Below, piece by piece: positions 12,086-25,400 of a DNA stretch of 64,000 nt. Made by a program: the position numbers and the translations under genes. The stretch is from Lama guanicoe. Lineage: Eukaryota. The stretch covers positions 8,403,095-8,467,094 of the forward strand of contig MU054391.1 in assembly GCA_013239625.1 (NCBI GenBank). Reading direction: 5' to 3'. The notes below the pieces were generated by a model that was not told the origin of the DNA, did no database searches, and saw only the letters and a program-made list of their open reading frames with translations. Position 1 is the first letter of the stretch. The number at the start of each line of letters is the position of its first letter.

Positions 12086-12603
12086 TTCAAGACCTAGCTC
12101 AAATGTCTGCACCTTTAAACTTCTTTCATCAGGTGGAGCCACAGTTTCTACTCTGAGCTGTCCTTGCGTGTTTCACCCAGCTTCATTACAGTGCTTTTCA
12201 CTGTCATCTGTACCGCCCTGCTTCTGCCTCTCTCTCACACACTGAGTGTGGGGTACCACCAGGAAGGGACTCTGATATTTATTGTCCTCTATCCATACTC
12301 TACATGCTTACTTTAGAAGATAATTTAATTGTTAAGCGATCTATGGTTGGCATCATTTTATATCTTTTCCACGAGCAATCGATTTGACAAGGACTCAGGG
12401 GTACACTGCCTAACTCTACGACTCAGAGTCTCACTAGAAGAAAGAGACATCATCAGAAATAACCAAATAATCAGTAGAAATTACATTTTGAAATGTATCT
12501 GCATGATTAGATTCAGCCAGAGGAAAGTTTAGAGACTCTTCATGAAGAAGTATTTTCTCTTTACATCAGGTTGCAATGCACAGGTCAGGAATTTGATCTG
12601 ACA

Positions 12604-12659
12604 AATTTGACACAACATTGTAAAATGACTATAACTCAATAAAAAATGTTAAAAAAAAA
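12604..12659 (+). mobile_element. Extremely 5'-truncated young L1 tail with 15-bp TSD
   Basis: Near-identical to the end of the L1 at 22935-23259; TSD gaatttgat(c/a)tgaca at 12589-12603 and 12660-12674. Confidence 0.92.
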
Positions 12660-12814
12660 GAATTTGATATGACAGAACTCAACTGCTTATTTAAAGTAAG
12701 ATTAGAACTGTGTGATGTTGGGCAATTTTTTTTTCCATCTCAGAGTGTCATAGTTTTTTCTGTTTATTTATTTTTCTTTACATCTCATAGCATTATAAAC
12801 ATATTTATCTTTTA

Positions 12815-13295
12815 GAATAAAATTATTTTGTTAAACAGTTACAAATTAACTGAGAAGTTGCAAGCATAATTTGCAAGTGGCAAAAGCTGCATGAACAATT
12901 TGGTGATAGCCTGACTGCATGGTGTCTCATCACAACCAAATATGTTAACATATTTTCCTACAAACAAGAACTTTTTATTATAACTCCTCAACTTAGCTTT
13001 CTAAATCATGAACTTGACCGTGAATCACTGCTGCCATTTATTTCTCAGATTTCATTCAAGTTTCACCAGTTGCTCTAATAGTATATTTTGTAAGAGAAGG
13101 AATTAATTTCAAACCATGCAATGCATTTTCTTCATTTATGTTATGTTTCTTTCATCTCTTTTTTCATTTTTTCCCTTGGTTTTCTGGACCCTGATAGCTT
13201 TGAAAATGACTTGCCAGTTATTTTGTATGATGTCTCCCAATTTAAGTGTGTTTGAAGTCTCCTCATGGTTAGATTCAGGTCAGGTTACCTCTGCA
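12815..13295 (-). mobile_element. L1MC4/5-like 3' UTR fragment
   Basis: 'gagaagttgcaagcata', 'ttcattcaagtttcaccagttgctctaata', 'ttgccagttattttgtatgatgtctcccaatttaagtgtg'. Confidence 0.7.
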
Positions 13296-13571
13296 AGAGT
13301 ACCTTGTGCTGCTCAGGGTTAGCTGTGGTCAAGGCAAGGCTGAATCTGTAGGAAAAGGCTCCAGGACCTGATGAGGTCATGATAAGCCCAAGACACACAT
13401 ATTTATGGACACTTGGCTTCTCAAGATTTCTCTAGACTTTGAGCCTCAGCATTTCTTCCACACCATCCACTCAATCCACACAACACTCCTATTTTTCTGT
13501 TTTATTTTTTTAACCTAGTTTAGTAAACAGCTTTCATATAGTCTCAGTCCTGAGAACTGAAACTGTTTTAT

Positions 13572-13968
13572 TGTACTCATTCAGGTTTCTCCAGAGAAAT
13601 AAAACAAATAAAACGTGGCTATATGCGAAGAGATTTATTTTAAGGAATTGGTTCGTGCGATTGTGGAGGCTTGGAGAGTTCAGGATCCGATGGAGGAGCC
13701 TGGCACGATGACTTCACAGACGAACTCTGAAGGCCATCTGCCAGAGGACTCTGTTTTCTGGGGAGATCTCAGTCATTTGTTCTATTCTGGCTTTTAACTG
13801 ATTAGATGAGAGGCCCACTCGCACTTTGGAATCTGCTTTATTCAAAGTCCACTGATCTAAATGTAAATCTCCTCCAAAACACCCTTACAGAAACATCCAA
13901 AATAATGTTTGATGAGATATCTAGGCACCATGGCTCTGTCAAGCTGACACATAAAATTAAGCAGCGCA
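13572..13968 (-). mobile_element. MLT2 (ERVL) solo LTR
   Basis: 'caggtttctccagagaaataaaac...gagatttattttaaggaattgg...gtcaagctgacacataaaattaagcagcgca'. Confidence 0.9.
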
Positions 13969-14132
13969 GTTATCCTCTCAGACTGTCTCAAACTGTCTGA
14001 TGCTAGATGACCCAAGGCCGACTCTTTTCTCTGGGCAGACCTTCTGTCCCACGTCGCCACTGTAACGTAAGTATATTCAGATGCTGTCAGAGCTGGAAGC
14101 ATGCTAAGGAGTAAGGCTACGCCACTCATTGC

Positions 14133-14495
14133 TGTCAGTTGGCGTCCTTAGGGGCTTTCTGGGTGAAATCTGAAATCGGCCCCAGTACACAGAGGGCAAG
14201 GAGTGACCAAAGAAAGGGTCAGACCACCACAGACTGACAGGTGGCAGGCTTAATTAGCAAAGGAACCTACATACAAGGCTTGTCTTAGGTATTGAAAGAC
14301 AAGTAGATCTCTGCACCTGCCCGCCAGCATCTTAAAAGTGTATACAGAGGTCTTAACTGGATTTAGTCTTGCATTCAGTCCAGATGATCTTAACAACGCC
14401 TTACTCTCTCAAGGCTGCATCCTTGGAACAGCTCCCATTGTGGGAATGGTGGGCTGAATGTATATGCCAACGATAAGGGAGGGGTGGGGACTACA
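14133..14495 (-). mobile_element. ERV solo LTR, family not resolved (laurasiatherian-type)
   Basis: TG...CA ends, GC-richer than flanks, reverse polyA-like and TATA-like segments ('ggcttaattagc', 'cttaaaagtgtatac'). Confidence 0.6.
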
Positions 14496-16143
14496 TTGAC
14501 CATGAAGTTTTATGCACTGAGATACCTAAACAGGATGGTAAATGAAGAGTCTGAGCAAACGATTCTCTTGTGAAGGATCTGCTGTGCTGTAGGTAAAGAA
14601 ATTATGACACCTGCTCAGGAGAGGTAAAAATGGCAGCTCTTCCAATGTACCTTAGTCATTTGATTACATCTCCAATTTAATTGACGCAATTGATTTCTAA
14701 AAATCATGAAAATCAATCTAGCTCATGATTCTGGTAGAACTGAATCCCCAAATTATAATATTTATTAGCTTCCTTCAAGTATTCCTAAGTTCCAATGAAA
14801 TTAGTTTATTGAATAATTCTTTAAACATAGTCATATTTAGCATTTAAATGTACTGTTTGGAGCCTATTCTTTGTAACACAAAGTCTCTAATAATTTTGTT
14901 CTTAAAACTACATTCATGCTTCACTAAAAGTTTTTTATAGAGCCTTCTTGCAAAGGGGCACGTAGAGGAAAATCATAACATAATGGATTAAGAAATTTTC
15001 TTTTTCTATTTAACCAAGTATGTTTTAAAGCATTAAAAGAACAACATATGCGAATGACCCACCGAGGCTCATATATGTGTTTCTTCAAATATATGATAAA
15101 AAATGAAGGTTTAATATTGTGTAATTCTCTACTAATGGATCAATTATTCAGTAGCATGCATATTGTATTTAGTCTTTGTGCTTTGAATAAAGTGCTGGAA
15201 TAAGGTCTTTTTATGGCAATTACAAATAAAGTAATTCATGTAATTATTCTGTAATAATGTAATTGTTACCGTGTAGACTATAGACCATTAAAAAAAAAAC
15301 TCACGTAAGTAATTGCAGAGTTATTTATGGCCTGAAAATAGTCCAGCAATTATACTAGAGGTAATAGTAGCAAGAAATACATGGCTTAATTGTTACTTGA
15401 TTTTAAAATGTAAAATGTATGTATTTTTTATTATAGACCTAAGCACCTAACCACATAATTATATCACATGCTCTGCATAGAATGGGAAATTGGGAACAAT
15501 CCAATAAAGAAATCTTCCATTTAATTTTAAGCACTTGAAAAATTAGCTATTTTTAAATTGGTTATGTCACTCATTCTCCATTTCCACATTTTTAACACTC
15601 ACTGGGAAGTTTTCTTTAGATAGTTATGCAATGCTATTCCTTGGGATACCTTACGTCTCATGAGTGTGTGCACATGCATGGTGGAACCTCCTCTGTTCTT
15701 TAAAAGTATTAGAATCTAGGAAGCTGGCATAGTTTTTGATAAGATTACTTATCTGAGCTTGGCACACATGATATATTTCTTCCCTTGCACCAATGTGAAA
15801 ACTTACTTTCTGAGAATAAAGTATAGTCCTTTGGGAAGACTTAACTAAGACGTGTAGTTGACAATCACAGTATATATTTATCAGAGATAAAGTCTGAGGT
15901 AGAGAAACCTTCCCCTCCCTAACCCCATCATTCTCAGCCTCACCACAGCTATCCACCTTGAATTCATCAGGTGCAATCTCATTCGGCCTTTCTAAACTTG
16001 TTCAGTCACCGCAACAACATCCAGAATCCCAGATCGCTGCTCGCTCTCACACTCTAGTCCTTATAAGGCTCCTAACGTTCTTATTCAGTCTCTTTTCTCA
16101 ACTCTTTCAAAAATTTATGGTCATTCCTCAGAACACTTACAAG

Positions 16144-17352
16144 TGACCCAAAAGCAATTTACTTATTTAAAACAATCCCCATCAAAATACCTATGAAAAT
16201 TTTCAAAGAACTAAAACAAATAATTCTAAAATTTATATGGAACCACAAATTCCCCTCATTGCCATAGCAATCTTGAGAAAAAAAGAACAAAGCTAGAAGG
16301 TTCATGCTCCCTGATTTCAGGCTATACCAAAAAGCTACAGTTATCAAAACAGCATGGTACTGGCACAAAAACAGGCACATAATTCAATGGAGCAGAACAG
16401 AGAGCCTGATAATAAACCCACACAACTACAGTCAGTTAATTATGACAAAGGAAGCAACAACACATAATGGAGAAGACAACATCTTCAATAAGTGGTTCTG
16501 GGAAAACTGGACATCTACATGTGAAAGAATGAAATTAGAACACTTTCTCACACTACATACAAAAATAAACTCAAAATGAGGTAAAGACCTAGATGTCAGA
16601 CCTGAAATCATAAAACTCCTAGAAGAAAACATAGGCAAAACACTCTCTGACTCAATCATAGCAGTAAATGTTTGGATTTGTCTCCTAAGGCAAAGAAAGC
16701 AAAAGTGAAAATAAACAAATGGGACCTAATTAAACTGAAAAGCTTCTGCATAACAAAGGAAACCATCAACAGAATGAAAAGAAAGACTATTGAATAGGAG
16801 AAAATATTTTCAAATTATACAACCAACAGGGGTTAATTTCCAAATTACATAAACAGTTCTCACAAATCAATACCAAAAAAACAACCTAATCAAAAAATGA
16901 ACAGAAGATCTGAATAGATATTTTTCCAAAGAAGACATACAGATGGCCAACAAGTACCTGAAAAGCTCCACAGCACTAATTATCAGAGATATGCAAATAA
17001 AAACCACAATGAGATATATATATCATCTCACATCTGTCAGAATGACTATCATCAAAATGTCTATAAATAGCAAATGGTGGCAAGGATGAGGAGGAAATGG
17101 TACCCAAGTACACTTTTGATGATACAGCCACTGTACAAAACAGTATGGAAATCCCTCAAAAAACTAAAAATAGAAGAACCATATGATCCAGCAATTCCAC
17201 TCCTGGGTATATATCTGAAGAAAATAAAAACACTAGTTTGAAAAGATACATGCACCTCAATATTCATAGCAGCATTATTTACAATATCCAAGATATGAAA
17301 ACAACCTAATTATCCATTAACAAATGACTGAATAAAAAGGATGTGGGGATGT

Positions 17353-17408
<56 letters not shown>

Positions 17409-17667
17409 TATATTATTCAGCCATGAAAAATAATGAGATTTTACCATTTGCAACAACATGGACCTAGAGGGTATTATGCTTAGTGAAATAAGTCAGATAG
17501 AAAAAGACAAATACTGTATCACTTGTGTGTGGAATCTAAAAAAATAAAAGAGATGATCATAGCAAAACAGAAACAAATTCACAGATATAGAGAACAAACT
17601 AATGATTACTAATGGGGAGAAGGAAGGAGGTAGTACAAGAAAGGGGTAGAGAATTAAAAAAAAATAA
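16144..17667 (+). mobile_element. L1 ORF2 3' part and 3' UTR, 5'-truncated and disrupted
   Basis: ORF 16304-16579 [32 protein letters not shown] is L1 ORF2; 'ccatatgatccagcaattccactcctgggtatatatc'; stops and frameshifts. Confidence 0.97.
17355..17406. repeat. (TG)26 microsatellite inside L1
   Basis: Perfect 52-nt TG run. Confidence 0.98.
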
Positions 17668-18339
17668 ATGCAATTCTTTAGGTTTTGCTGTCAAAGAAGA
17701 GGGACTTTTCCCTGAGGACACTGATTCTCCTGACAGGATCTCAGCTGACTGCTGTTTTATCTCCTTTATCCCTACCTCCTCCCATCCTGCAAGCTGTCTT
17801 CTTGTGCCACGTGGCTGTTTCTGGGCTCCCCCCTCCACCAGTTCTTCTTTGCCTCAATCCACTAACTTGAAATCTGGTATCAGCATATTTGTCACCTTCC
17901 ACCCTTCATTGCCGCTGCTTTCCAGCATCTCCTAGGATAGTTTACTCCACTTCTCAGTAGTTTTATTTATGGGGTCACGGTCACTCTTAACAAAACAACC
18001 CGTCTTAATCATTAATGTAAATTATATTTCCACCACTCTGCTCTCTCAGCTCTTTAAATGGCTTTCCTCCAACAACCCTATCTTCCATTCTGGAAGTAAG
18101 TCATTTCCAAGTATGATACCTAAAATTTAAAGAAATGTATCCTTTTAAGACAATTCCTCTGAACAATGGTGCTATATTTATTAATTAAATATTGAATGGT
18201 GGCTCATTCTTATATCACATTCAATAAGTTATTTAAAAAGCATAAAACTGTCATTTTCTACAAGTATTGAAAACGGGTGGCAGACACCCATCCACACACC
18301 TGTTATAGGCTTGCCATCTGTGGACCCTAAAGTAGATCC

Positions 18340-20450
18340 TTGTTATTCACTTTTTTATAGGTATTCTTTATCAAATTGAGAAAGTTTTCCTCTATTTCTA
18401 TTATAAATGGGTGTTAGACTTTGACAAATGCTTTTCCTGCATCTATTGATAAGATTTGTTTTTATTTTTTTAGTTTGCTGATATGATGGATTTCAACTGA
18501 TTTTCAAATGTTGAGCTACCCTTATATACTTGGTATAAATTCCACTTGGCCATGGCGTGTAAATATTTCTACACCTTTTTTTTTAGGTTCATGTTGCTAA
18601 TATTTTGTTGAAGGTTATATTCATAAGAGACACTGGTGTGGTGTGTTTTTCTTTCTTATATTGTGATAATCTGGCTTTGGTATTAGGGTAATGCTGGTCT
18701 CATAAAATAAGGTTTGAAGTATTTTCAGTGTTTTTGTTTTGTGGAAGAGATTGTAGATAATCCGTGTCATTTCTTCCTTAAATATGTAGAGCATTCACCA
18801 GTTTAACCATGTGACCCTTGGGCTTTCCTTGTTGAAAGGTTATTGTTAATTGATAACAAGTTTTTTATAAATCTAGCTTTTTAATAAACCTACTAAGATG
18901 ATGATGATAATAATAATTTGTAAGTGCAGTAGATTATATCTCAGAAGAAATTGGTTCACTTAAGTTATCAAATCTGTGTACAAAGAATTGTTTATATTCC
19001 TTTATTATTCTTCTAATATCCATGAGATTAAGTAGCAGATATCTGCTCTAGTTTTTATTATTTCTTTTCTTCTACTTTATTTAACTTAATATTATTATTT
19101 TCTAGGCTCCAAAGGCAAATGCTTATAATATTAATTAGATCTTTCTTCTTTTCTAATACATGCATTTAATTGCATAAATTTCCCTCAAAGCACTTCTTTC
19201 TCTGCATAACAAATATTTTGATAAATTATGTTTTCATTTTCATTTAGTTCAAAATACGTCTTAGCTTCTCTTGCGAATTTATCTTTAACCCATTTTTAGT
19301 TATAAGTATATTGCTTAATTTCAATGTGTTGGGGTTTTCAGCTATCTTTCAATTATTGATATAGAATTCTGTTGTAATCAAAAAATATGCTTTGTATAAT
19401 TTTTGTTATTTTTAATATGTCTTATTTATTTAAATGTGTTTTTTGGCCCAGAAGGTGGACTATCATAAATGATCCATGTCAACTTAAGAAGAATGTGTGT
19501 GATGCTGTCACTGGATGGAGTATTTTATAAACACGGTATCATCAGGTTGATTGATATTGCTGTGCGGTTCAACCATGTCATTACTGATTTTCTGCCTGTT
19601 GGATATACCAGCTTCTAAAAGAGGGATACTGAAATCTTCAACTGTAGTTGTGAGTTTATGTTTCTGTTTGTAGTTCTATCAGTTTTTGCCTGTGTATTTT
19701 GATGCCCTGTTGCTGCGTACATACATATTCAGAATTGGAATATCTTTTGGGGAGACTGACTCTTTTAACATTATAGGATACCTCCTCCTTATTCGGTATC
19801 TTTTCTTTTACTGAAGTCTGCTTTGTTTGAAATTAACAGAGTTACTCCACTTTCTTTTGATGGGTGTTAGCATGGTATCTGTTTCTCCCCCTTTTTACTT
19901 TGATCTTATCTCTGTATTTATATATAAAGTGGGTTTCTTGGAGACAGCATTTGGTTGGGTCTTCCTTTTGATCCACTACGAAAATCTTTGTTTTCTTAAC
20001 TGGTAAATGTAGACCATTCACATTTTAAGTGATTACGATTTAGTTGGATTATTATCTTTCATACTTATAACTATTTTCTTTGCACTTGTTTTGTTTTTCT
20101 TAATTGAATTTTATATAATTCCACTTTCTCCATTTTCTTAACATATCAATTATAATCATTTTTAAAAAACCTATTGGTTGCCCTAGAGTTTGCATATACA
20201 TTTACAACTTATCTAATTCTATTCTCAAATAACTCTATACCAGTTCACAAGTAGTACAGATACATTTGTAGAGAATAGCCTTAATTCCTTTGTTCCACCT
20301 CTGATTATCTTTATTCATTTCACTTATCCATCTGCTGATAGGAATTCTCTGATAGGTCTGGGGAAAGTCGCTGATTTTCAGTTTATTTAGCTTTTTTTCT
20401 TGCTATAAGCATGGAGTGAAAATCTATAGCTCTATACATGTTGAAAATGG
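18340..20450 (-). mobile_element. Old L1M (L1MC/MD-like), ORF2 part plus 5' end
   Basis: T-rich antisense L1 motifs 'caaatgcttttcctgcatctattga', 'ctggctttggtattagggtaatgctggtctcataaaat'; 5'-end-like sequence at 20330-20450. Confidence 0.88.
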
Positions 20451-21184
20451 ATGGCACCATTTCTTCCTTTGCTATATCTAAAAGTTTCTGGTCTGTTCCA
20501 GACATAATGTTCATAAGGTAGTAGATACTTACACTATTTCTTAGATTAATTTATTTAATACTTTGATGACTATTTAGCCGAAAAGCCTAGAAGACTGCCC
20601 TGATTGGATGTATGTCACCGGAGAATTAAATCCAAGCTCAAAATCATTCCCATTATGATTGGTTTCAGGAGTTTCAGAAAAATCATTCATTTTAATAAAC
20701 AGGGAGAGAAGCAACATTTGGGAACGCATCATGTGACACTACAAACATATTATTTAGTCACAGTGAGTAGTGTCAGAGCTTTGATGTGTCCTTCCTGGAA
20801 CTGATTATTTACCCACACACACATTCATTCATATCCTGGGATATAAATGTTAAAATAATGACACTTAAATTCAATCAAGAAAAATGGATTTGAGCAGACA
20901 CTATTGTAAAACCACTATTAATGCTCTTCTCCCTGTTTTTATGCCTTGTCTGCATATCTCATTTAGATGACTTGCCCATTAATAAAAAGGCAGTAAATCA
21001 CCTGTTACTTAGAAGAAATATAATAATTGGAGACAAAGCAAAATCAAAGGCAGCAACTGAGTGAAACTGTTCTTCTCTTATAGTAGATTTTATCTAAATA
21101 TTTTAGCTTCTTTTATTTTTAAACAGAAAGGTGCATACATTTGCGGCCATTGAATAAACAGCACCTTGGTGTCTTTGCTTGAAT

Positions 21185-21375
21185 CAGTGGTTAACACCCA
21201 GTGGTGATTACCTCAACCAAGAAGACACTGGAAATGTCTTAGGACAATTTTGGTTGTCATAACTGGGAGGTTGCTACTGTCAATAGAGGTTCAAGATGCT
21301 TTTAACCTCCCACAGTGTGCAACACAGAACAAAAAATCACCTGACCAAATATGTTAATAGAGCCTCATGTCAGAA
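21185..21375 (+). mobile_element. MER20 (hAT-Charlie) DNA transposon
   Basis: 'cagtggtt...gaagacactggaaatgtcttaggacaattttggttgtcataactgggaggttgctactg...aaatatgttaatag'. Confidence 0.85.
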
Positions 21376-22419
21376 TTCTTGTATCATCTCTGCTAAAAGG
21401 CCTTTCCCCGTTCCTTTCTGTACTCTGTTCCTCTTAGTGATGTAACTCCTCATTGAGTCTCAGTGTATGCACACTGCAGTGTATAGCAGTTTAGCACATA
21501 ATATTTTCTAAGATGACTTTTATTTCCAAAGATATCTTCAAGGATAGAAACCCAAGAGAGTGAAATGAAATTGACAGTAGAATTCACATATTCTGGATCT
21601 GGCTCATAGGAGGGGATAGCTCCTCTGTCTAAAGGTATGGTTGGGGAAGGGGAAGGAAATACTTGTGGCAGATTTTATAGGGCCTTAAAATTGCACTTTG
21701 CTGTTTTACATTTTATTTTATGTTAGCATAAAGTCAGTCCTTCACTTTGAGCTATATAAACACTAATAAAAACATTCAATTACTTGTATGCTAGTAAACA
21801 CAGAAAATTACAGTTTCATTTAAATTTTTATAGTTCTACTTCATATGATTGTGGACTGATGAGGTTGATTTACTTGAATGGGGTTTAAAAACACGGCTTC
21901 AATTCTTTCCTTCAATTTATACCTGTCACAGATGTTATTTGATGCATAGTATTCAAGTTGAAGAAAAGCAAACTTTGTTTCCTGAACAACAAAAACCTGC
22001 CTATTGAGATTGATGAGATATCCAACATCACATTTTGAGGATCCTTCCCCATCTATGAACTATATAAAAATATGGAATCTTTTTGTATAAATAAAAATAA
22101 AAATAAGACCATATCTTTAAGCAAATGGTCGATCATATACCATTTATTTCCGGAAGCTAACAAAATAGCACTTACTGGATAATCTACAAATGCTTTGGAA
22201 TACATGGATAAACAAGTGCATGAGTGACTTATTAAAAACACATAGAAATGGCATCGAAATAAATGCTTTCTTCAGTGCCAAACCATTACTCCAATATTTT
22301 GCTAGTATTTTCCTGAAAATATGAATTATTTTTCTATGGTATTTAGGGATTTTCAAAAGGTACTTCTGAGAGTAACTTCCACAAGGAATATGTACTTTCA
22401 CAAACAATACGGAAAGCTG

Positions 22420-25400
22420 CAAATAATGTTGCTCCCACTATTACAATGAGAATCACCTAGGTAATCTGCACAATCATAGCTTTTATTAAGTCCATCAGAG
22501 AGCTGCTATTGCAAGGCACCTAGGTGAACTGAATTCCAGAGTAACAAGCCCCTTAGAGGGACACACAAGCTGCTTCACTTTTGACAGAGTACAAAATGGA
22601 AATGTAGCAACAAGGAAATCGGGTAAGGAAAAAGCAACAGAATTGTAGTGGATTCTTAAAGGCCAAGTACAGATGAATGTGACAGTTTAGACTGCCTGAA
22701 TGCCCCAGAAACAAGCTTTCACTGAGTGCTCAGGAGAAAGCTGGGGAGAGCCACCGATCTGAGGGGGCACCTGTCATGACACAGACAGACATGTAACGAT
22801 AAGCTGTTACTGGTACAAAACCCAGACCCTTATCTCATATGAAGTAAAAGCTGTCTAGTGTAATGGAGAGGCTAGACCTCCCCTCAGGGGAGGACAGGGA
22901 AGCGGCTGGTTACTTCTAGTGAAAAGAAAGGAACTAAAAAACAAAAACAAACAAACAAACAAAAACAAAGCATAAATACAGGACAGAAATAGACTCATGG
23001 ACAGAGAATACAGACTTGTGGTTACCAGGGGGGTAGAGGGTGGGAAGGGATAGACTGGGATTTCAAAATTGTAGAATAGATAAACAAGATTACACTGTAT
23101 AGCACAGGGAAATATACACAAAATGTTATGATAAATCACAGAGAAAAAAATGTGACAATGAGTGTGTATATGTCCATGAATGACTGAAAAATTGTGCTGA
23201 ACACTGGAATTTGACACAACATTGTAAAATGATTATAAATCAATAAAAAATGTTAAAAAAAAAGAAAGGAACCAATTCCATCTGATTCTAGAGGAGCATA
23301 AAGACATACCCTTATGCAGCCTCATCAAGGACACTGTACTGAAACAAATCATCAAACTGCGGGAAAATCTTTCTCCCCTAAAGATGCCTCAGTGTTGCAA
23401 GATCGTGCTTTGCTGACTACTATCAGGTAGTGGAAAGAGAAGGAAAAAAATCTGTCTTGGAGGCATCACTACACACGAGCCCCAGAGAACCAAGGAAACA
23501 CCCATTCACTCCTTACAGCCCAGCTGGGGTAGTACCTTATATTAATTACAGACAACAGTGAACTATCATTGGAAAAGGAGCAGAAGATGAAGAGAGAGCC
23601 TCTCGGTGTCTCAGATGTACAAGGTCTGTTAAGAGTTGAGAGCAGAGCACAAATATTGAGAAAAACTCTATGGCACTCCAGGTCTTACAATAATCATAAT
23701 ACAGTAGCGAGCTACTGATGAAGGACTTTGAAGTCTCCAGGTCACTGAAGACAACTTTAGAAACAATAAAAACTAAGCCCATCTAACTGACTGGACTACT
23801 TCAGCTCCCTACACTAATAGACTGAGAAAAGAGCAGCCATGCCCATTTCTGAGCAAGAATAAAATTTTCCTTAGTATCTTTTATTCATAATATCTAAAAT
23901 TCAATAAAATATACACACATGCCCTAAAACAAGAAAATTACTCATTTTAAAGAGAATAAGTCCACAAAATCAGCTTAGAAAGGCCCTGCTGGAAATGTCT
24001 AGTAGGAATTTTAAAGTAACTATGATTAGTCAGGTAAAGGATGTAGTGAAAAAAGTATACAGCATGCATAAAGAGATGGAAAATTTTAGCAGTGAGGTGG
24101 TAACCTAACAGAGTCTAATGGAAGTGCTTGAAATTCAAAGTGTGATATCTGAGATGTAGAAGTAATTCAACAGGCTTATAGTATATGGAGCACTGAAGAA
24201 AAAGAAGTAATCTGTGAATCTGAAGACAGTTCAGTAGAAATTATCCCAAAATGGAACACAAAGAAATTTTTTAATTCAGAAAAGAGCTCCAAGAGTTATG
24301 AGATTCTATATCAAAATATTTAATATACATGTAATCAGAGTTTCAAAAGAAAAAATAAAATATAAAGGGAAAGAAAGTGTCAGAGGAATAGTTAAGATGG
24401 AAGTTGCAAGGATTTTCTTAAATTTGTGAAAACCAGTAACAGTAGACCCTCAATGGTCAAAGAACAAAAAATACGATAAATACAAAGAAGACTCACAATG
24501 ACTCATTATAATCAAACTGTGGAAAAACAAAGAGAAAGAGAAAACACTGAAGGTAGCCAAAAAGGGTGGGAAAACAATAAATATAAAGAAAATATATTTT
24601 AAAAAAGCAGACTTTTCATCAAATACTGTGCATTGATGGGAAGATAAAATCTGCAGTATTTACTGAGTAGATAAGCCTTACAGGTAATTGTAACAGAAAA
24701 TTCTTCAAGTAGAATGAACACGATGCCAGATGGAAATCTGGATCTCCAAAAAAAAAAAAAAGAAGTAAAAATAAAAAGTATTTCCATGTCTTTTTAAAGA
24801 AAAGTGACAGTATTATGAAAAAATGGTAAACATGTATTTTGAGTTTATACTAAATGCCAAAACTAAAGATTAGATAATGAAGTGCAAAAATTACAGTGAG
24901 GAAATGGAAGATTATTATGGAAATATTCTCACACTGTGCAATAAATAGTAATTTATGAAGGTAGACTGTGATAAATTAAAGCCTACTTTGTAATAGTAGG
25001 ACAACTACTAAAACATAGACCATAGAAGCATGACAAAAAAACCAATAGTGATGATAAAATAATGTAAAATATTGATTTTTTTCAAGTAAATGCAGAAAAA
25101 AAGGCAGGGAGCAGTACAATATAAGAAATAAATAACAAGACAGTAGGTTTAAAAGTAAACATATTGAGTATAAGTTTACTTATACAAATATAAGTCTGCT
25201 AAACACTCCAGTTAAGTCACAGAGACTGTCAGCTTGTATGTAAAGTCAAGATTCACATATATATTATTTTTTTAAATTTACTTTAAACATATTAAATAGT
25301 GACAGATTAATATAAATTTATAAAATATGTTAGGCAATTCAAACAAAAATCCACAAGATCTGATTGTCTACACAAACATCAGGTAAAGTAATCTTTAAAA

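Noticed and set aside
16304..16579. Reverse-transcriptase-associated ORF as a functional or novel system
   Set aside because: Ordinary disrupted, 5'-truncated L1 ORF2 fragment
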